Position numbers and translations under genes: made by a program. This document shows, in pieces, positions 26,714 through 39,333 of a stretch of 64,000 nucleotides of DNA. The stretch is from Gekko japonicus (taxonomy: Eukaryota), in assembly GCF_001447785.1 (NCBI RefSeq), contig NW_015161415.1, positions 208,266-272,265 on the forward strand, given 5' to 3'. Position 1 is the stretch's first letter. Each line of letters starts with the position of its first letter. The notes under the pieces were generated by a model that had not been told where the DNA came from, ran no database searches, and worked only from the letters and a program-made list of their open reading frames with translations.

Positions 26714-26914
26714 ATGAAGACTTTGAAGCAGTTTGCTCTCTTTCTCCATTTTTTTATGCCTGTGGTGAAGTTAGCACCACCTAACCAACAGTCTGTTACA
26801 TTTTATGACTATGGATTGGCCACTCTTGAAGACACTGTATTTAAACAAGAGTATGAAGACACTATATTTAAGGAAGATGAAGACCAACCAGCACAGGATG
26901 CAGTAAAAAATAAG
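26714..26914 (+). CDS. OGN: Osteoglycin coding exon 1 (signal peptide, YDYG motif)
   Basis: MKTLKQFALFLHFFMPVVKLAPPNQQSVTFYDYG resembles the OGN N-terminus. Donor AAG|GTATTT, phase 0, 67 codons. Confidence 0.93.
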
Positions 26915-27989
26915 GTATTTTCCAAGTTATATTTTACTTTTCCCATTATGCAAACAAATCATCTAGGCATGCGTACATATTCCATGGGTAAATATAAAAG
27001 CAAGCAGAATAGTAAAACTATGCAAGTTGATCCAAAACAAGAGATTATAAAGTTAAATTTAAGCTACGTTTCTTTTAAAGCAGCAGAAGACAACAGGCTC
27101 TAAGAAAACATATGAATATGTAACATGAAATCCAGGTGGACCACAAACAGTATGAGTCAAAGTCAGCCAAAGTTTTATTGCAAGACTGGGGATTCTTTGT
27201 TTTTATTCCTACAGTACAATTTCCCCATGATTACCACCATCACATAGAGTGGCTTTTCTAAATTAATACATAGCAAAAACAGTGTAATCCACTGGCTAAG
27301 TATATTTTGGACATGTTTGGAAGCCTACTGCCTTGAAGTCATTTTATGGCCTTGGCTAAGTGATTGTCTCCCAGTCTCAGACCTGATTTATAAAATAAGA
27401 ATACTAGTGGTCTATATCATGGGCAAATATGGTACAAATTTTAAAGCATGTTGCACATTAAATGTACAATATAAATTATGATCCTCAGTAGTTCTGACAT
27501 ATAATCTTCATATTTTTACCTAAAACAGAATACTGTACCCATTATCAAGTATTACTAAATGTCCATTACATTTACTTTCAAAATAAATAGTACACTCACA
27601 GATTACTGCATCACACAGTGGCATCTCCTAATTTCCAGTACTTAAAACTAGCTTCCCGAATGCCAAACTCAGTTTAGGACTGCACAGTGTTTGTATGCTC
27701 AAGATAATGAAATACCTGTGACATTTTAATGGTTCTGCATATCCATATAATTACACATATCCTTACTTAGCAAAGGAAAGTTTATCATAAAAGCTAGTCA
27801 ATAGTGCAGCATTAAGAATGACTTGTAAAATTGCCAGTAATAGCATTTCTATAAGATGTTTTTTATTAAAATATGAATGTTTTAGTAATGGAGATACTGT
27901 AGGAAATCCCATCCAATACAACTGAAAAGAATTTAGAGAAGAGGGAAATGTGGAACGTGAAGTTCCTTGAAACTACAGACAAAGGTGCC

Positions 27990-30900
27990 CCTCATCAACC
28001 TCTCCTGCCCTTGGGACAAAACCCAGCCCCCTAATTTACCACAGAGCTGGGTGATCTAAAAAGGGCTGGCAGCTATCTAGAATGGTGCTGGCAGAGAAAT
28101 CATACTGAATCTAACAGATGATGCTATAGAGCTCACTGTAAGACCTATGAAACAGTGGTGATGGCAGCAAAGAAAGGTTACTTCACTACTACTATAGCAT
28201 CAGTTAGCCCACGTTCATCCCAATTGTTCAAGGTAGCTTAGCATTTGTTGATGCCTAAATTTTAGCCTCTATTGTCCCAAAAACGGATAATTAGCTGTGA
28301 TACTTTTGCCAAGTGTTTTGCTGATTAAATATTGAAAATACGCTCTGATCTGGATGTCAGTTATAACACTGGTAACCAGAAGAAAGGCCTAATTCACTGC
28401 TCAGGCTATTTATGGATCATTTTGACCCAGATCCCATGACGGATGTAGACAAGGTCCCTGCATCTGGCGAAGCCAGTCCTTGAACCCTGGATCCTTGCCC
28501 ATCCTGGCTGCGAAAAATCATGTAAGAACTGCATCAACAACTTCTTAGCATCTCTCCTTATATATAATTCTGTTCTGGTCATGGACTCCCCTGAACATTC
28601 CAACACGCTTCCAAATCAGTTGGCTCCGTGATCTGTCATTCAGAGGGTCTCCCTATCCACTGGTTGCATTGCCTGAGTCCTGCCTCCAACATTCTAAACA
28701 GTTTGCTGTTCCTCTCCCCCCCCATAGCCAGTCAGAACACAGATAATTTGCATATGTGACCTGATTGACCTTTGCCTCAGAACACAGAGGTCATTTGCAT
28801 ATGCGGCCTCATTGGCCTTTGCCTCTAATATTCTAAATAGTTTGCTGTTGCTGTTCTGAGGTAAAATACATTTCCCCTAAGTGCCTGTTGGGAGAAACCA
28901 TTGTTGCTATTTTCTAGGTGAGGGCTGAAGATCACTCAGAATTACAACTGCTTTCCAGATGGCAGAGATCAGTTCCCCTGGAGAAAATGGTGGACTCTGT
29001 GTCCTTATAACCAGCTGAGATGGCCCCTGTATGACAGCCAATGTGACGTAGCAGTCAGGGCTTCAAAGCACAGTAGAGGCTGCAGGTGGGGGGGTGGAAA
29101 GCTGAAGAGTGAGGGGGAAATAAAGGTAGGTTGATGATTGGCTGGGAAGGAGATAGAGTTGCCAACTCCAGGTGGGAAATTCCTGGAGATTTGAGGGATG
29201 GAGCCTGGAGAGGGTGAGGTTTCAGGAGGGGTGGGACCTCAGACATGTACAATGCCATAGATTCCACCCTCCAAACCAAACAGTTCCTCCTGGGGAACCA
29301 TTGTTGCCAATCTCCAGGTGGGGGCTGGATATGGAAAGCTGAAGTCAGAGGGGCAGATCAAGGTAGATTGATGGTTGGCTGGGAAGGAGATAGGGTTGCC
29401 AACTCCAGGTTGGGAAATTCCTGGAGATTTGAGGGGTGGAGCCTGGAGAGGGTAGGGGTTGAGGAGGGGTGGGACCTCACACAGGTACAATACCATAGAC
29501 TCCACCCTCCAAACCAGCTATTCCCTCCTGGTGAACTATTGTTGCCAATCTCCAGGTGAGGGCTGGAGATCACTCAAAATTAAAACTTTTCTTCAGGTAG
29601 CAGAGATCAGTTCCTCTGGAGAAAATGGTGGACTTGGTGTCATTATACCCTGCTGAGGTCACCACAGCAAATTGACACTGAGTGCTCGAGGCCGGGGCAC
29701 CCGCCCAGAGCCTCTTTCTAGAGCTCATTGTATTTATTTCCACAATGAGCCTTATTTCTAGTCTATTAAATCAGTCAGTAATGCAAGGCACCTTCCCTTG
29801 GTCACTGAAAGAGGCAGTTAGCCATCCGCTACTGTAAAAACCATCCCTACAGAAAAATGATGTGGCGAATTATTAACCAGTCTCTAATCTATCCTTTCTG
29901 GGGAAAGTGACAGAGAGCAGTAGCAGGCCAACTCCAAGTCTTCTTGGGTATCTCATCTGCTCTAGGAGCTTTTCAGTCTGGCTTCATGCCAAGCTATGAG
30001 ACAGACCTCCATCTGAGTGTAGACAAAGGCCAACCCTCTCTGTTGCTCTTATTGGATTTATCTGCAGCCTTTGATACAGTAGATCATAATATCTTGTTGA
30101 GGCACAGGAAGGCAGAAGTAGATATCAGGGGATGTGCATTGAACTGGTTCAAATCATTCCCTCATGATTCAGACTCAAACGGTATCTATTGGAAACCAGT
30201 TCTCTTCAGTGTTGGACCTATTTTGTGGAGTTCCACATGACACGATTCTATCCCCATGCTTTTCAATCTCTATGTTAAGCCCTTAGAAGAAATCCTTCAT
30301 AGTTTTGGGGCTGGTTGCCATCAATATGCTGACAAGAGTCAGCTCTATATATCCTTATCCAAAACCCTGGTGGTGCAGAAGAGGTCCTGAATTGCTGCCT
30401 GGCCATGGTAGTTAACTGGCTAAGAGTGAACAAATTGAAACTAAACCCTGAAAAGACAGAGGGAACACTGGCTGGGAAAGAGGAGGTCTTGACCCACATT
30501 GTTCTTCCCACTTTTGATGGAGTTCAACTGACCCTTGCTGACTCAGTTCAAAGCCTTGGGGCTATACTGGATCCAGCTTTATTACCCCTGGAGCAAGTTC
30601 ATCCAGCTGCAAAAATGACTTCTACCAACTCAGCCTAGTCCATAAGATGGCCCCTTACCTTGATACACCTGATCTGGCCACCTGGATCCATGTCACAGTA
30701 ACACTGAGACTAGACTACTGTAAGGCAGTATATATTGGTTTCCTCTCAAAATCAGCTTGGAAACTCCAACTGGTCCAGAATGCTGCATCTCAGCTATTAG
30801 CAGAAGCTAGATGGAGCATGCATACAACTCCCATCCTGCAGACACTCCATTGGCTCCCCAATTTTTACCAGGTTCTATTGAAAGTATCACTTCTCACATA

Positions 30901-31110
30901 CTTCGCCCTTCATGGCCTTGTCCCATCTTATTTGTGGGACAACCTCTCTCCCTTTGCTCCACCACATCACTTTAATTGATGTCAGCAGAAACTTCTGCAG
31001 GTGCCTACCTGCAAATGGACAAAACCAACAACTGCCCATACATGTGCTTTCTCCATTGTGGCTCCTGCCTTGTGGAATGGCCTGCCTGAGAAGGTCAGGA
31101 AGGCTCCCAA
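27990..31110 (+). mobile_element. Degenerate L2-type LINE, interrupted by a Helitron
   Basis: LDPCPSWL, LLDLSAAFDTVDH, NKLKLNPEKTE, RLDYCKA and LQLVQNAA motifs. Confidence 0.88.
28551..29761 (+). mobile_element. Non-autonomous Helitron inserted in an L2 LINE
   Basis: A|TCTCTCCTTATATATAA ... GCTCATTGT-ATTTATTTCC-ACAATGAGC hairpin, TTATTTCTAG|T. No TSD; removing it rejoins L2 reverse transcriptase sequence. Confidence 0.85.
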
Positions 31111-31549
31111 TCATAGAATCATAGTTACTCTTCCCTTCCTCATGGCAAGCCCCCTATCCTCTTTTCTTCTCAGCCATTCTCCTTCTCAGACGCCTTTTTA
31201 TCTGCCTTCCATCTTCAGCTATATTTATTCTTTATTTACTTCACATATACTCCACCTTTCTTCACAGTTGGGACCAAATCAGCTTACATCATTCTCTTTT
31301 ATCCTCATAACAATCCTGTGAGGTATGTTAGGCTGAAACTATGGGAATGGCCCAAGGTCACCTAGTGAACTTCCATGGCAGATCGGTGATTTGAACATGT
31401 GTCTTCTAGACTCTATTCTGAATCTCTAATTGCTATACCACACTGGCTGTTATAGGGTGGCTGCTGCTGAACAGAAGCAAGCAAGCCAGGTGGTAGCCCA
31501 GTGGTTGATTCTTGGCTTGGCCCAGATGAGACCTCCCTCAAATGCCAAA

Positions 31550-31891
31550 ACAGTTCTAGAAAGGGCCCTGCCCCCTCCCTTAGCTTTTATGGAAAGAAAC
31601 CAAGCCTGGAATGCTGGCAAACTGTTGTGATTGCCTAGCAATGGGCACTGAGGGCATCCATTTTTACAGGTGCTCCATTTATCATTTTAACCACCCAATG
31701 TATTTTTTTTTATATTTCACAGTTCTAGAAAGGGCCCTGCCCCCTCCCTTAGCTTTTATGGAAAGAAACCAAGCCTGGAATGCTGGCAAACTGTTGTGAT
31801 TGCCTAGCAATGGGCACTGAGGGCATCCATTTTTACAGGTGCTCCATTTATCATTTTAACCACCCAATGTATTTTTTTAATATATATTTCA
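31550..31891. repeat. 169-bp near-perfect tandem duplication
   Basis: The unit starting ACAGTTCTAGAAAGGGCCC occurs at 31550 and 31719. Confidence 0.95.
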
Positions 31892-33002
31892 GATTTTTCT
31901 GCAAACATGGGGTGTTTTCAGGTTGTAGAAAGATCTGTATTGTTCATTCACAGGGCCAATCTCTGGTTTAAAGAATCCTCAGATCTGGTTGGGTTGACAA
32001 TCAGAATATACAAGTGAGGGACGGGCAAGGACTTGTGGGGGACATTTCATTTTCCCCTCCCCCACTATTTCCTCTTTCCTTTACCTGAAAGCCCCCTTAG
32101 CCTCTCTCCTTTTTCTGCCTCATTCTTTCTTTCACAGCTGTGTCTACCTGTATCTCTTTCACCTGTATCTATCTGTACCTCCTCCCAGTCTTCAGTTTTT
32201 CCTCTGGTAGCCTCTTCTAGGGAAAAATCTGGCCAAATTGCACAGTGCCAGCTACCAGTCCAGGCCCAGCTGCACAGTGGGGAAATTCTTGGACTCGCAA
32301 GAGGCACCTCAGCTTCCCTATCTCCCTCTCACACTATTTCTTCTTTCCCTCCTCCTGGCAGCTGCCATATTCTCACCTTTCCCTNNNNNNNNNNNNNNNN
32401 NNNNNNNNNNNNTTCCCTACTCCTTTCTCTCCTTCCCTCCCATCTACCAACCTACATTTTATACTCCTTCCCCATTTTTAGCAATATTGATACTTATTTG
32501 CTACATTTATACCCTGCCTTTCTCCACAATGAGGACCCAAAGCAACTTACATCATTCTCTTCCCCTCTAGTTTATCCTCACAACGACCCTATGAGGCAGG
32601 TTAGGCTGCGATTGTGTGACTGGCCCAAAGTGATGCAGTGAGCTTCCACATCAGAGTAAGCATTCAAACTGGGATCCCACAGAGCCTAATCTGACCCTTT
32701 GACCACAAAACCACACTGGCTTTCATCTAGCAGCTACTGTTGAGCAGCAGTCTTGGTAGCTGGGCGTGAGTGAGTCATGGAACTCACATGGTATCAAGTT
32801 GCCCAGTGGTTGCTTCCAGGCCTGGCCCCAATGAGTTCTCCCTCAAAGGCCAAAAAAACACAAGGCTTCAACTGGTAATTCTATTATGGTTCTTTAGCAA
32901 CCCCCACAATGGCTACTGCAGGAGACATCTGTTTCTTAAAGGTTTGTTTGGTTGGTCTTGAATGTTCATGGCTCCAGTCTCCAAATTTGGCCATGTTGAT
33001 AA

Positions 33003-33937
33003 TCTCCCTTATAAATAAAAGCCGAATGGTAGTGGCACTTCTCTAGAACATTCCACACGCTCCAAAATCAGTTCGCTCTCTGATCTGTCTATCAGAGGGT
33101 CTCCCTATTCACTGGCTGCTTTGCCTGAGTCCTGCCTCCAACATTCTAAACATTTTGCAGTTCCTCTCCCCCCCATAGCCAGTCAGAACACAGGGGTTAT
33201 TTGCATATGCAGCCTCATTGGCCTCTGCCTCGGAACACAGAGGTCGTTTGCATATGCGACTTGATTGGCTTTTGCCTCTAACATTCTAAACAGTTTTCTG
33301 TTCTGAGGTAAAATGTGTCCAATCTCCAGGTGAGGGCTGGAGATAACTCAGAATTACAACTGCTTTCCAGATGGCAGAGATCAGAAGGGCTGGAGAAAAT
33401 GGTGGGCTCTGTATCCTTATATGCTGCTGAGGTGGCCCCGGTATGACAGCCAATGTGACGTAGCAGTCAGGGCTTCAGAGCACGGGAGAGGCTGCAGGTG
33501 TGTGTGGGGTGGAAAGCTGAAGAGTGAGGGGGAAATAAAGGTAGGTTGATGATTGGCTGGGCAGGAGATAGGGTTGCCAACTCCAGGTGGGAAATTCCTG
33601 GAGATGTGAGGGATGGAGCCTGGAGAGGGTGAGGTTTCAGGAGGCGTGGGACCTCGGACAGATACAAAGCCATAGACTCCACCCTCCAAACCAACTATTC
33701 CCTTCTGGGGAACCATTGTTGCCAATCTCCAGGTGAGGGCTGGAGATCACTCAAAATTACAACTGTTCTTTAGGTAGCAGGGATCAGTTCCTCTGGAGAC
33801 ACTGTGGACTCAGTGTCATCATACCCCGTTGAGGTCGCCGCAGCGAATTGACACTGAGTGTCCAAGGCCGGGGCACCCGCCCAGAGCCTCTTTATAGAGG
33901 CCATTGTATTTATTTCCACAATGGGCCTTTTTCCTAG
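33003..33937 (+). mobile_element. Non-autonomous Helitron, same family as 28551-29761
   Basis: A|TCTCCCTTATAAATAAAAGC ... hairpin, TTTTTCCTAG|T. Internal sequence is colinear with 28551-29761 with one fewer internal repeat unit. Confidence 0.85.
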
Positions 33938-34149
33938 TTAGATATATTAATAACTAGGAAAAAGGCCCGTTGTGGAAATAAATGTTATGGTAGCTTCCAT
34001 TTACTGTCTATATTCAGTGTGAAATATCACTCAATACACATCAAAAAGTTCTAATATAAGCTTTTATTGAACCATAAAGGCTTGATCATTGCTATTATTG
34101 AACAATACATTAATACCTGTAATGTGTTTTTTAATCCCCAATGTAAAAG

Positions 34150-34240
34150 GAAAACAATGGTATGATCATTTTCCATGAAAATGAACTACAAGTCCAGAGA
34201 GATGAAGAAGCACCTGAAGCGTCACCAACAAAAGATACAG
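34150..34240 (+). CDS. OGN: Osteoglycin coding exon 2
   Basis: ENNGMIIFHENELQVQRDEEAPEASPTKDT. Acceptor aatgtaaaAG, donor G|GTAAGT; 91 nt bridges phase 0 to phase 1. Not listed in this frame in the ORF track. Confidence 0.88.
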
Positions 34241-34629
34241 GTAAGTTTTCACCATATGACAATACCATACTTAAATAGAGAAAACAATGTCTAAAAATGC
34301 AACATGGTATACACACAGCATACATACATAACTCACAGGACAATTAGTTATTTATTTTGAGGAACCAGCAACTGCTACAGGAGAGCAGCAAAGTGCAGTG
34401 ATTTCTCAGTCAATGTCCCCTCCACTGTCTTTTTACCTATGTCTGACACCACTTGCCAGAAAAACAAGGACAGTTGGTCATTATTCTGCAATAGAAATCA
34501 GGAACTCAGATGATGCTGAGTTCAAAAGATACTGTGTCAGACCATAGGCTTCTGGCTCAGACAAGACAAAAATGGCTATTCAGCCTTTGAAAATATAAAA
34601 GCCAATGATTAATCAGACATCCCCCTACT

Positions 34630-36306
34630 CTAGCTGAACGGAAGAGATTTGCCTTACTTTATGCTGATGACAGTTTTGTTATCCAGAACCCCTGTTGGCC
34701 TTAGAAGGACATTGAAGGCATTCAGTCACTATAGTAACACGAACAACCTAGAGATTAATTACCAAAAGACTAAAATCATGTATTTTGGTAAGAGACCTAA
34801 AGTTAGGGCTTGGAGCATCAATGGCCATAAAATTGAGGAAATCAAATCAGTCAATCCTAAAAGAAATCAACCCTGACTGTTCCCTGGAAGGCCAGATCCT
34901 GAAGTTGAAGCTCAAATACTTTAGCCACCAAATGAGAAGGGAGCACTCACTGGAGAAGACCCTGATGCTGGGAAAGATTGAAGGTCAAAGAAGAAGGGGA
35001 CGGCAAAGGATGAGATGGTTAGACAGTGTCATCAATGCAACGAACATGAAATTGAGCAAGCTTCAGAGGACAGCAGAAGACAGGAGGGCCTGGCGTGATC
35101 TGGTCCATGGGGACGCGAAGAGTCAGACTCGACTGTGCGACTGAACAACAACAACAAAAATGAGTTTTAAATATTTGGGTGTGACGATCCAGTCTTCTGG
35201 GGCGAGGAAGGCCCATCACGATTACATGGCCAATATAGGTCAAAAATCGGTACAGGCTATTCTAAAATCCTTCTATAAAAATGGTGGGCAATATATTGCA
35301 GCAGCCCTCAGATTATATCAATCCAAAACAGTCTCTCAACTTCTGTATGGGATGATGTTAGGCCCACCATCTTCATTTTTTGCCCCATTAGAAAGAACTC
35401 AATCGAAATTTTTAAGAGCAGTATTTCGATTCCCCAGATGTGTATTGAATGCAAGCCTGTGCCTAGATTCCGGTATGATTAAATCAGAGGCTAGGATAAG
35501 CCTCACATCTATTAATCTATGGCTTAAACTAAACCATTCCTCCCAAGACCTTACATCATTAATGCCCTGGAATGGCTTTTGATCCACTTGGTTAAAGACA
35601 GTCTGTCACAAACTGAATATGCTAGGCATCTCCCCAGAGTTTCTCTTTAAAATGCCCTTAGGTCAAGCAAAGGCCCTAGTCAAGCAAAGGATATTGGATA
35701 CTGAAAGGCAGGGAAACATCAGCAGAGTTTCAAATTTTCTGGCATCAAAGAACACTAGATACATTGTAATTCCAGCAGCCTACTTATCCCTGCTAGAGGT
35801 CCCATCCCACCGCAGGGCTTACTCTATGGCTAGATGGAATATACTCCCCTCTGCGGTAGTGGAGGGACATTATAGGAGGATCCCATTAGCAGAGAGGGTT
35901 TGCCCGTGTGGAGCACGGAAGGTCGAGACAAATGAGCATATCTTGCTTCACTGTTGTTTCTACCAGGAAATCCTCTTGAAGATTATTGCACCCTTGCTTG
36001 GGATGTTTTCTGCCTGCTCTGAATCTGAAATTACGAGGAAGTTCCTTTCAGACACAAATCCTCAGCTCACACTCCCCTGTGCAAGATTTCTTGCAGCATC
36101 ATTCAGAATTCGCAGGGAATTAACACAGAATGTAGCTGAATCATAAAATGTAGATGCTTTGTTTAATCTGTTCTGTGATTTTAAGAATGCATAGGCCACT
36201 CAGTAATTTTAAATACTGTGTATTTCCTAAAACTTATCAGATTCATGTACATTGTTGTAACTGATCTTGTGCTGGTCACGAACCATAATAATAAATTTGA
36301 TTTGAT
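34630..36306 (+). mobile_element. 5'-truncated LINE ORF2, RTEX-like
   Basis: YADD-like motif at about 34660, KTKIM, FKYLGV, LLYG and C-terminal CPC...E..EH...C; ends AATAAA plus (TTTGA)n. Frameshifted. Clade assignment tentative. Confidence 0.7.
34841..35157 (+). mobile_element. BovB 3' fragment nested in an older LINE
   Basis: SNQSILKEINPDCSLEGQILKLKLKYF...LEKTLMLGKIEGQRRRGRQRMRWLD; (CAA)n tail. Confidence 0.92.
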
Positions 36307-36758
36307 TAATCAGACCCTTTCTCATCACTAATCACGCCACACAGATCTTTGATAACACATAGATTGCAAGAAAAATAATGTAAGGCTGATATGATGTTAA
36401 AATAGCTGGCCACTAATTTGACGTGATAAGTAAGGTAAGAGTCCACAGAAGTAAAACTGGGTGGTATCACCCCTAGACAGCAGATAACCCCTGCCATTAG
36501 CAAGCTCCCATCAAAAGATTATAACCATCTTTCCTTAGATATGACTACCATTTTTTCCTTGCTGTTTTCTGTTTTATCAGTTTTCCTCATTATCATATTG
36601 AAAGCTACTTGAACACAAGATGTTGAACTGAATTCAAAATCCTATAAAGTATTATAATAGTGTTTCATAAATGTGTTTGATTGAATGGAACTAACAGGCA
36701 TCTTTGAGGGTATCAAAGAGAACAACAGAATGACTGCATATTCTAATACACACACATA

Positions 36759-37442
36759 TCTCTCCTTATATATAAAAGAGTTTTGGTGTCCCTCCTGCAC
36801 CCGCTCCTGCAGCCTTTTGCTCTCGCCCCTGCCACTCTGAAGGATCCCCTGGCTGCACTGGCTGGCTCCCTTGCCTCCGTCCTGCCCACAGAGGTGTCAA
36901 GCCTGCACAGAGGTGGCGAGCCGGCCAGCAGTGTCTCTGGCTCACTGTGCTCTGAGCCACCCAAGGGGACGGGCACTTTGGTGGCCAGAGGGTGAGCAGG
37001 CCTACTGGGAGAGGTGGGGAAGAGGCGCAAGAGCCCACACATGTTCAGAAATGCCACTGTTAAGGCGGGGGCAGGGCAGCAACTGCTGCTGTGGCAAGAG
37101 ACTGCCCCGCCGCCAGCAGCCCTGTCGTCGTCGTCCTGGGCAGCCGAGGCGGCTCTGACACCGCTCCACTTTGTGCCCTGCTGGCATCACCAGCGCCACC
37201 GCCGAACACACCAAGAGGCCTCCCTGATGCAGCCCCACCACCACGCCAAGACCCTCCTCCTGTCCCACCCCAGCAGCGGGAGCTGGGATGCAGGTGCCGG
37301 TGGAGCAGCTGTGCTCTACCCACCGCTGGGCCTGGGGGACGAGGGTGCCGCCGCCCCTTCTTCTCCCAAGGGGGGGGGGCTGGCAGGCGGCGGCCCAGCC
37401 AGAGCTCGTTACATTTGTCTCCGCAATGGGCCTTCTTCCTAG
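36759..37442 (+). mobile_element. Non-autonomous Helitron with unrelated GC-rich cargo
   Basis: A|TCTCTCCTTATATATAAAAGAG ... GCAATGGGCCTTCTTCCTAG|T. Termini shared with the other copies, interior different. Confidence 0.8.
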
Positions 37443-37561
37443 TATATATATAAAATGCATCCTTGGAATATATTGTTTTCACTTCCTAAAAGTTCACCTC
37501 AGACTCACTGTCATTTTTAAAAATTTTATGCTTACATAGAAAATTGATTATATGCTTTCAG

Positions 37562-37720
37562 ATTTGCCTACTTGTTTGCTGTGCGTTTGTTTAATTGGTT
37601 CAGTTTACTGTGAAGAAACAGATATTGAAAGTGTTCCAGCTCTGCCAAAGGAAACAGGCTACCTTTATGCACGATTCAACAAAATCAAGAAGATCAAAAC
37701 CTCCGACTTTGCTGACATTC
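37562..37720 (+). CDS. OGN: Osteoglycin coding exon 3 (class III Cys cluster)
   Basis: [19 protein letters not shown] (CX2CXCX6C) ... [13 protein letters not shown] at 37560-37561; donor C|GTAAGT. Confidence 0.96.
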
Positions 37721-38017
37721 GTAAGTACATATTTAGAATTAACTGAGTAATACTGAACATTTGGGTGAACAATATATATTGGTTATTTTCTATAAAATAA
37801 ATTGCATATCATTCTAAATGTTTTATTTGCAATTACTCTTTAAACAATTTCCATGCAAGCTTCCAAGATGATTATAAAATAACAGAATGCGTAATGTTAA
37901 CGTCACAGTTCTAGGGTTGCTAGGCAACCAGCATGACACTGAAGGGGACGGGACATGGGCATATGACCAATGCTGCAATATAACTTCCAGGAAAACTTGG
38001 AAGTGATATCACAACTC

Positions 38018-38297
38018 TGGTGTAGTGGTTAGGAGCGCGGATTCTAATCTGGGAGAACTGTGTTTGATTCCCCACTCCTCCTCATGCAACTGCTGGTGTG
38101 ACCTTGGGTCAGTCACAAGTTCTCTCAGAGCTGTTCTCTCATAAGCAGTTCCTGAGAGAGCTCCCTCAGCCCCACCTACCTCACAGGGTGTCTGTTGTTT
38201 GGAGGAGAAGGGGAAAGGGAAGAGATTGTAAACCGCTCTGAGACTCCTTTGGGTAGTGAAGGGTGGGGTATAAATCCAATATCTTCTTCTTCTTCTC
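38018..38297 (+). mobile_element. tRNA-derived Squam3-like SINE (others: 7890-7990 +, 53750-54005 -, several degraded copies)
   Basis: TGGTGTAGTGGTTA A-box, GTTTGATTCCCC B-box, CCTACCTCACAGGGTG core and (TTC)n tail. Confidence 0.75.
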
Positions 38298-39333
38298 TAG
38301 GAATTGGCCAACACTCTATTGTAAAGCCATACAATTTGAGACAATTGCTAGAGCTGATGGCCATGACAATTGCTAGCAGCTGATGGCCATTTTTTAGAAA
38401 AAATAATTTTTCTCCTGCCAACATTCAGAATGGTGGCTGGAAACACCAGATGGAGGTAGAGGATTCCCTAGGGCTGGCAACTTTACACAGGTCAATTATA
38501 CAGATAACCTTTTCTTATAAAAAATTCATTGTGCAATGTGAACCAAGGAAGAAATTAAAGGAAACAGGGTTGGAAAATGTAGTAATGAACCGCTTTTAAA
38601 ACTTTTCATTTGTTTAATTGTAAATATTAAAAAATATTTGAACAATTCAAGTGTGGCTAACACATCAAAATACCATCTAAAAACAAAGAATGCTATTTTT
38701 TCAAAACTGTTTGATTCATATGCAAATTCAAGCAGATTAAATCAAGTAAATTACTACATGGCTTAGGACAGGGTATCTGAAAGACCATCTTCTCCTATAC
38801 GTTCCTACATGGGAATTAAAACCATGGGGAGATGCCCTTCTGACTAACCCACCAATTAAAGATGCTTGTTTGGTAGGTACATGAGTGAGGGCCTTTTCTG
38901 TGGCAGCCCCACAATTATGGAACAACTTCCACAATGAGGTGCACCTCGCCCCCTCATTGCCAATCTTCAGGAAGCAGTTGAAGACAGTTTTATTTAGGAT
39001 TGCATTTTGGTATTGTTGCATTTTTTGTGTGTGTGCGCATTACCATGTCTAGAAGTCATGGCGGCTTCAGCAATTCCTACTGGGGCATGGAGGACGTTCA
39101 GAGAAGTGGCTTGATAAGCCTGTCTCTGCCTCCCAGCCCTGGTATTTTTTTTGAGGTCTCCCACCCAAATACTTGCCAGGGTCGGCCCCGCTTAGCTTCC
39201 AAGACCTGACGAGATCAGGCTTGCCTGGGCTATCCATGTCAGGGCCTTTAGGAATGCATTTTGACAGATTTAGCTTTTATATCATCAGTCTTAATTGGAG
39301 ATTTTACACTGTGATTTTTATGGGTGTTATAAT

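Noticed and set aside
38018-38080. tRNA gene
   Set aside because: The A/B boxes belong to a SINE head; no cloverleaf.
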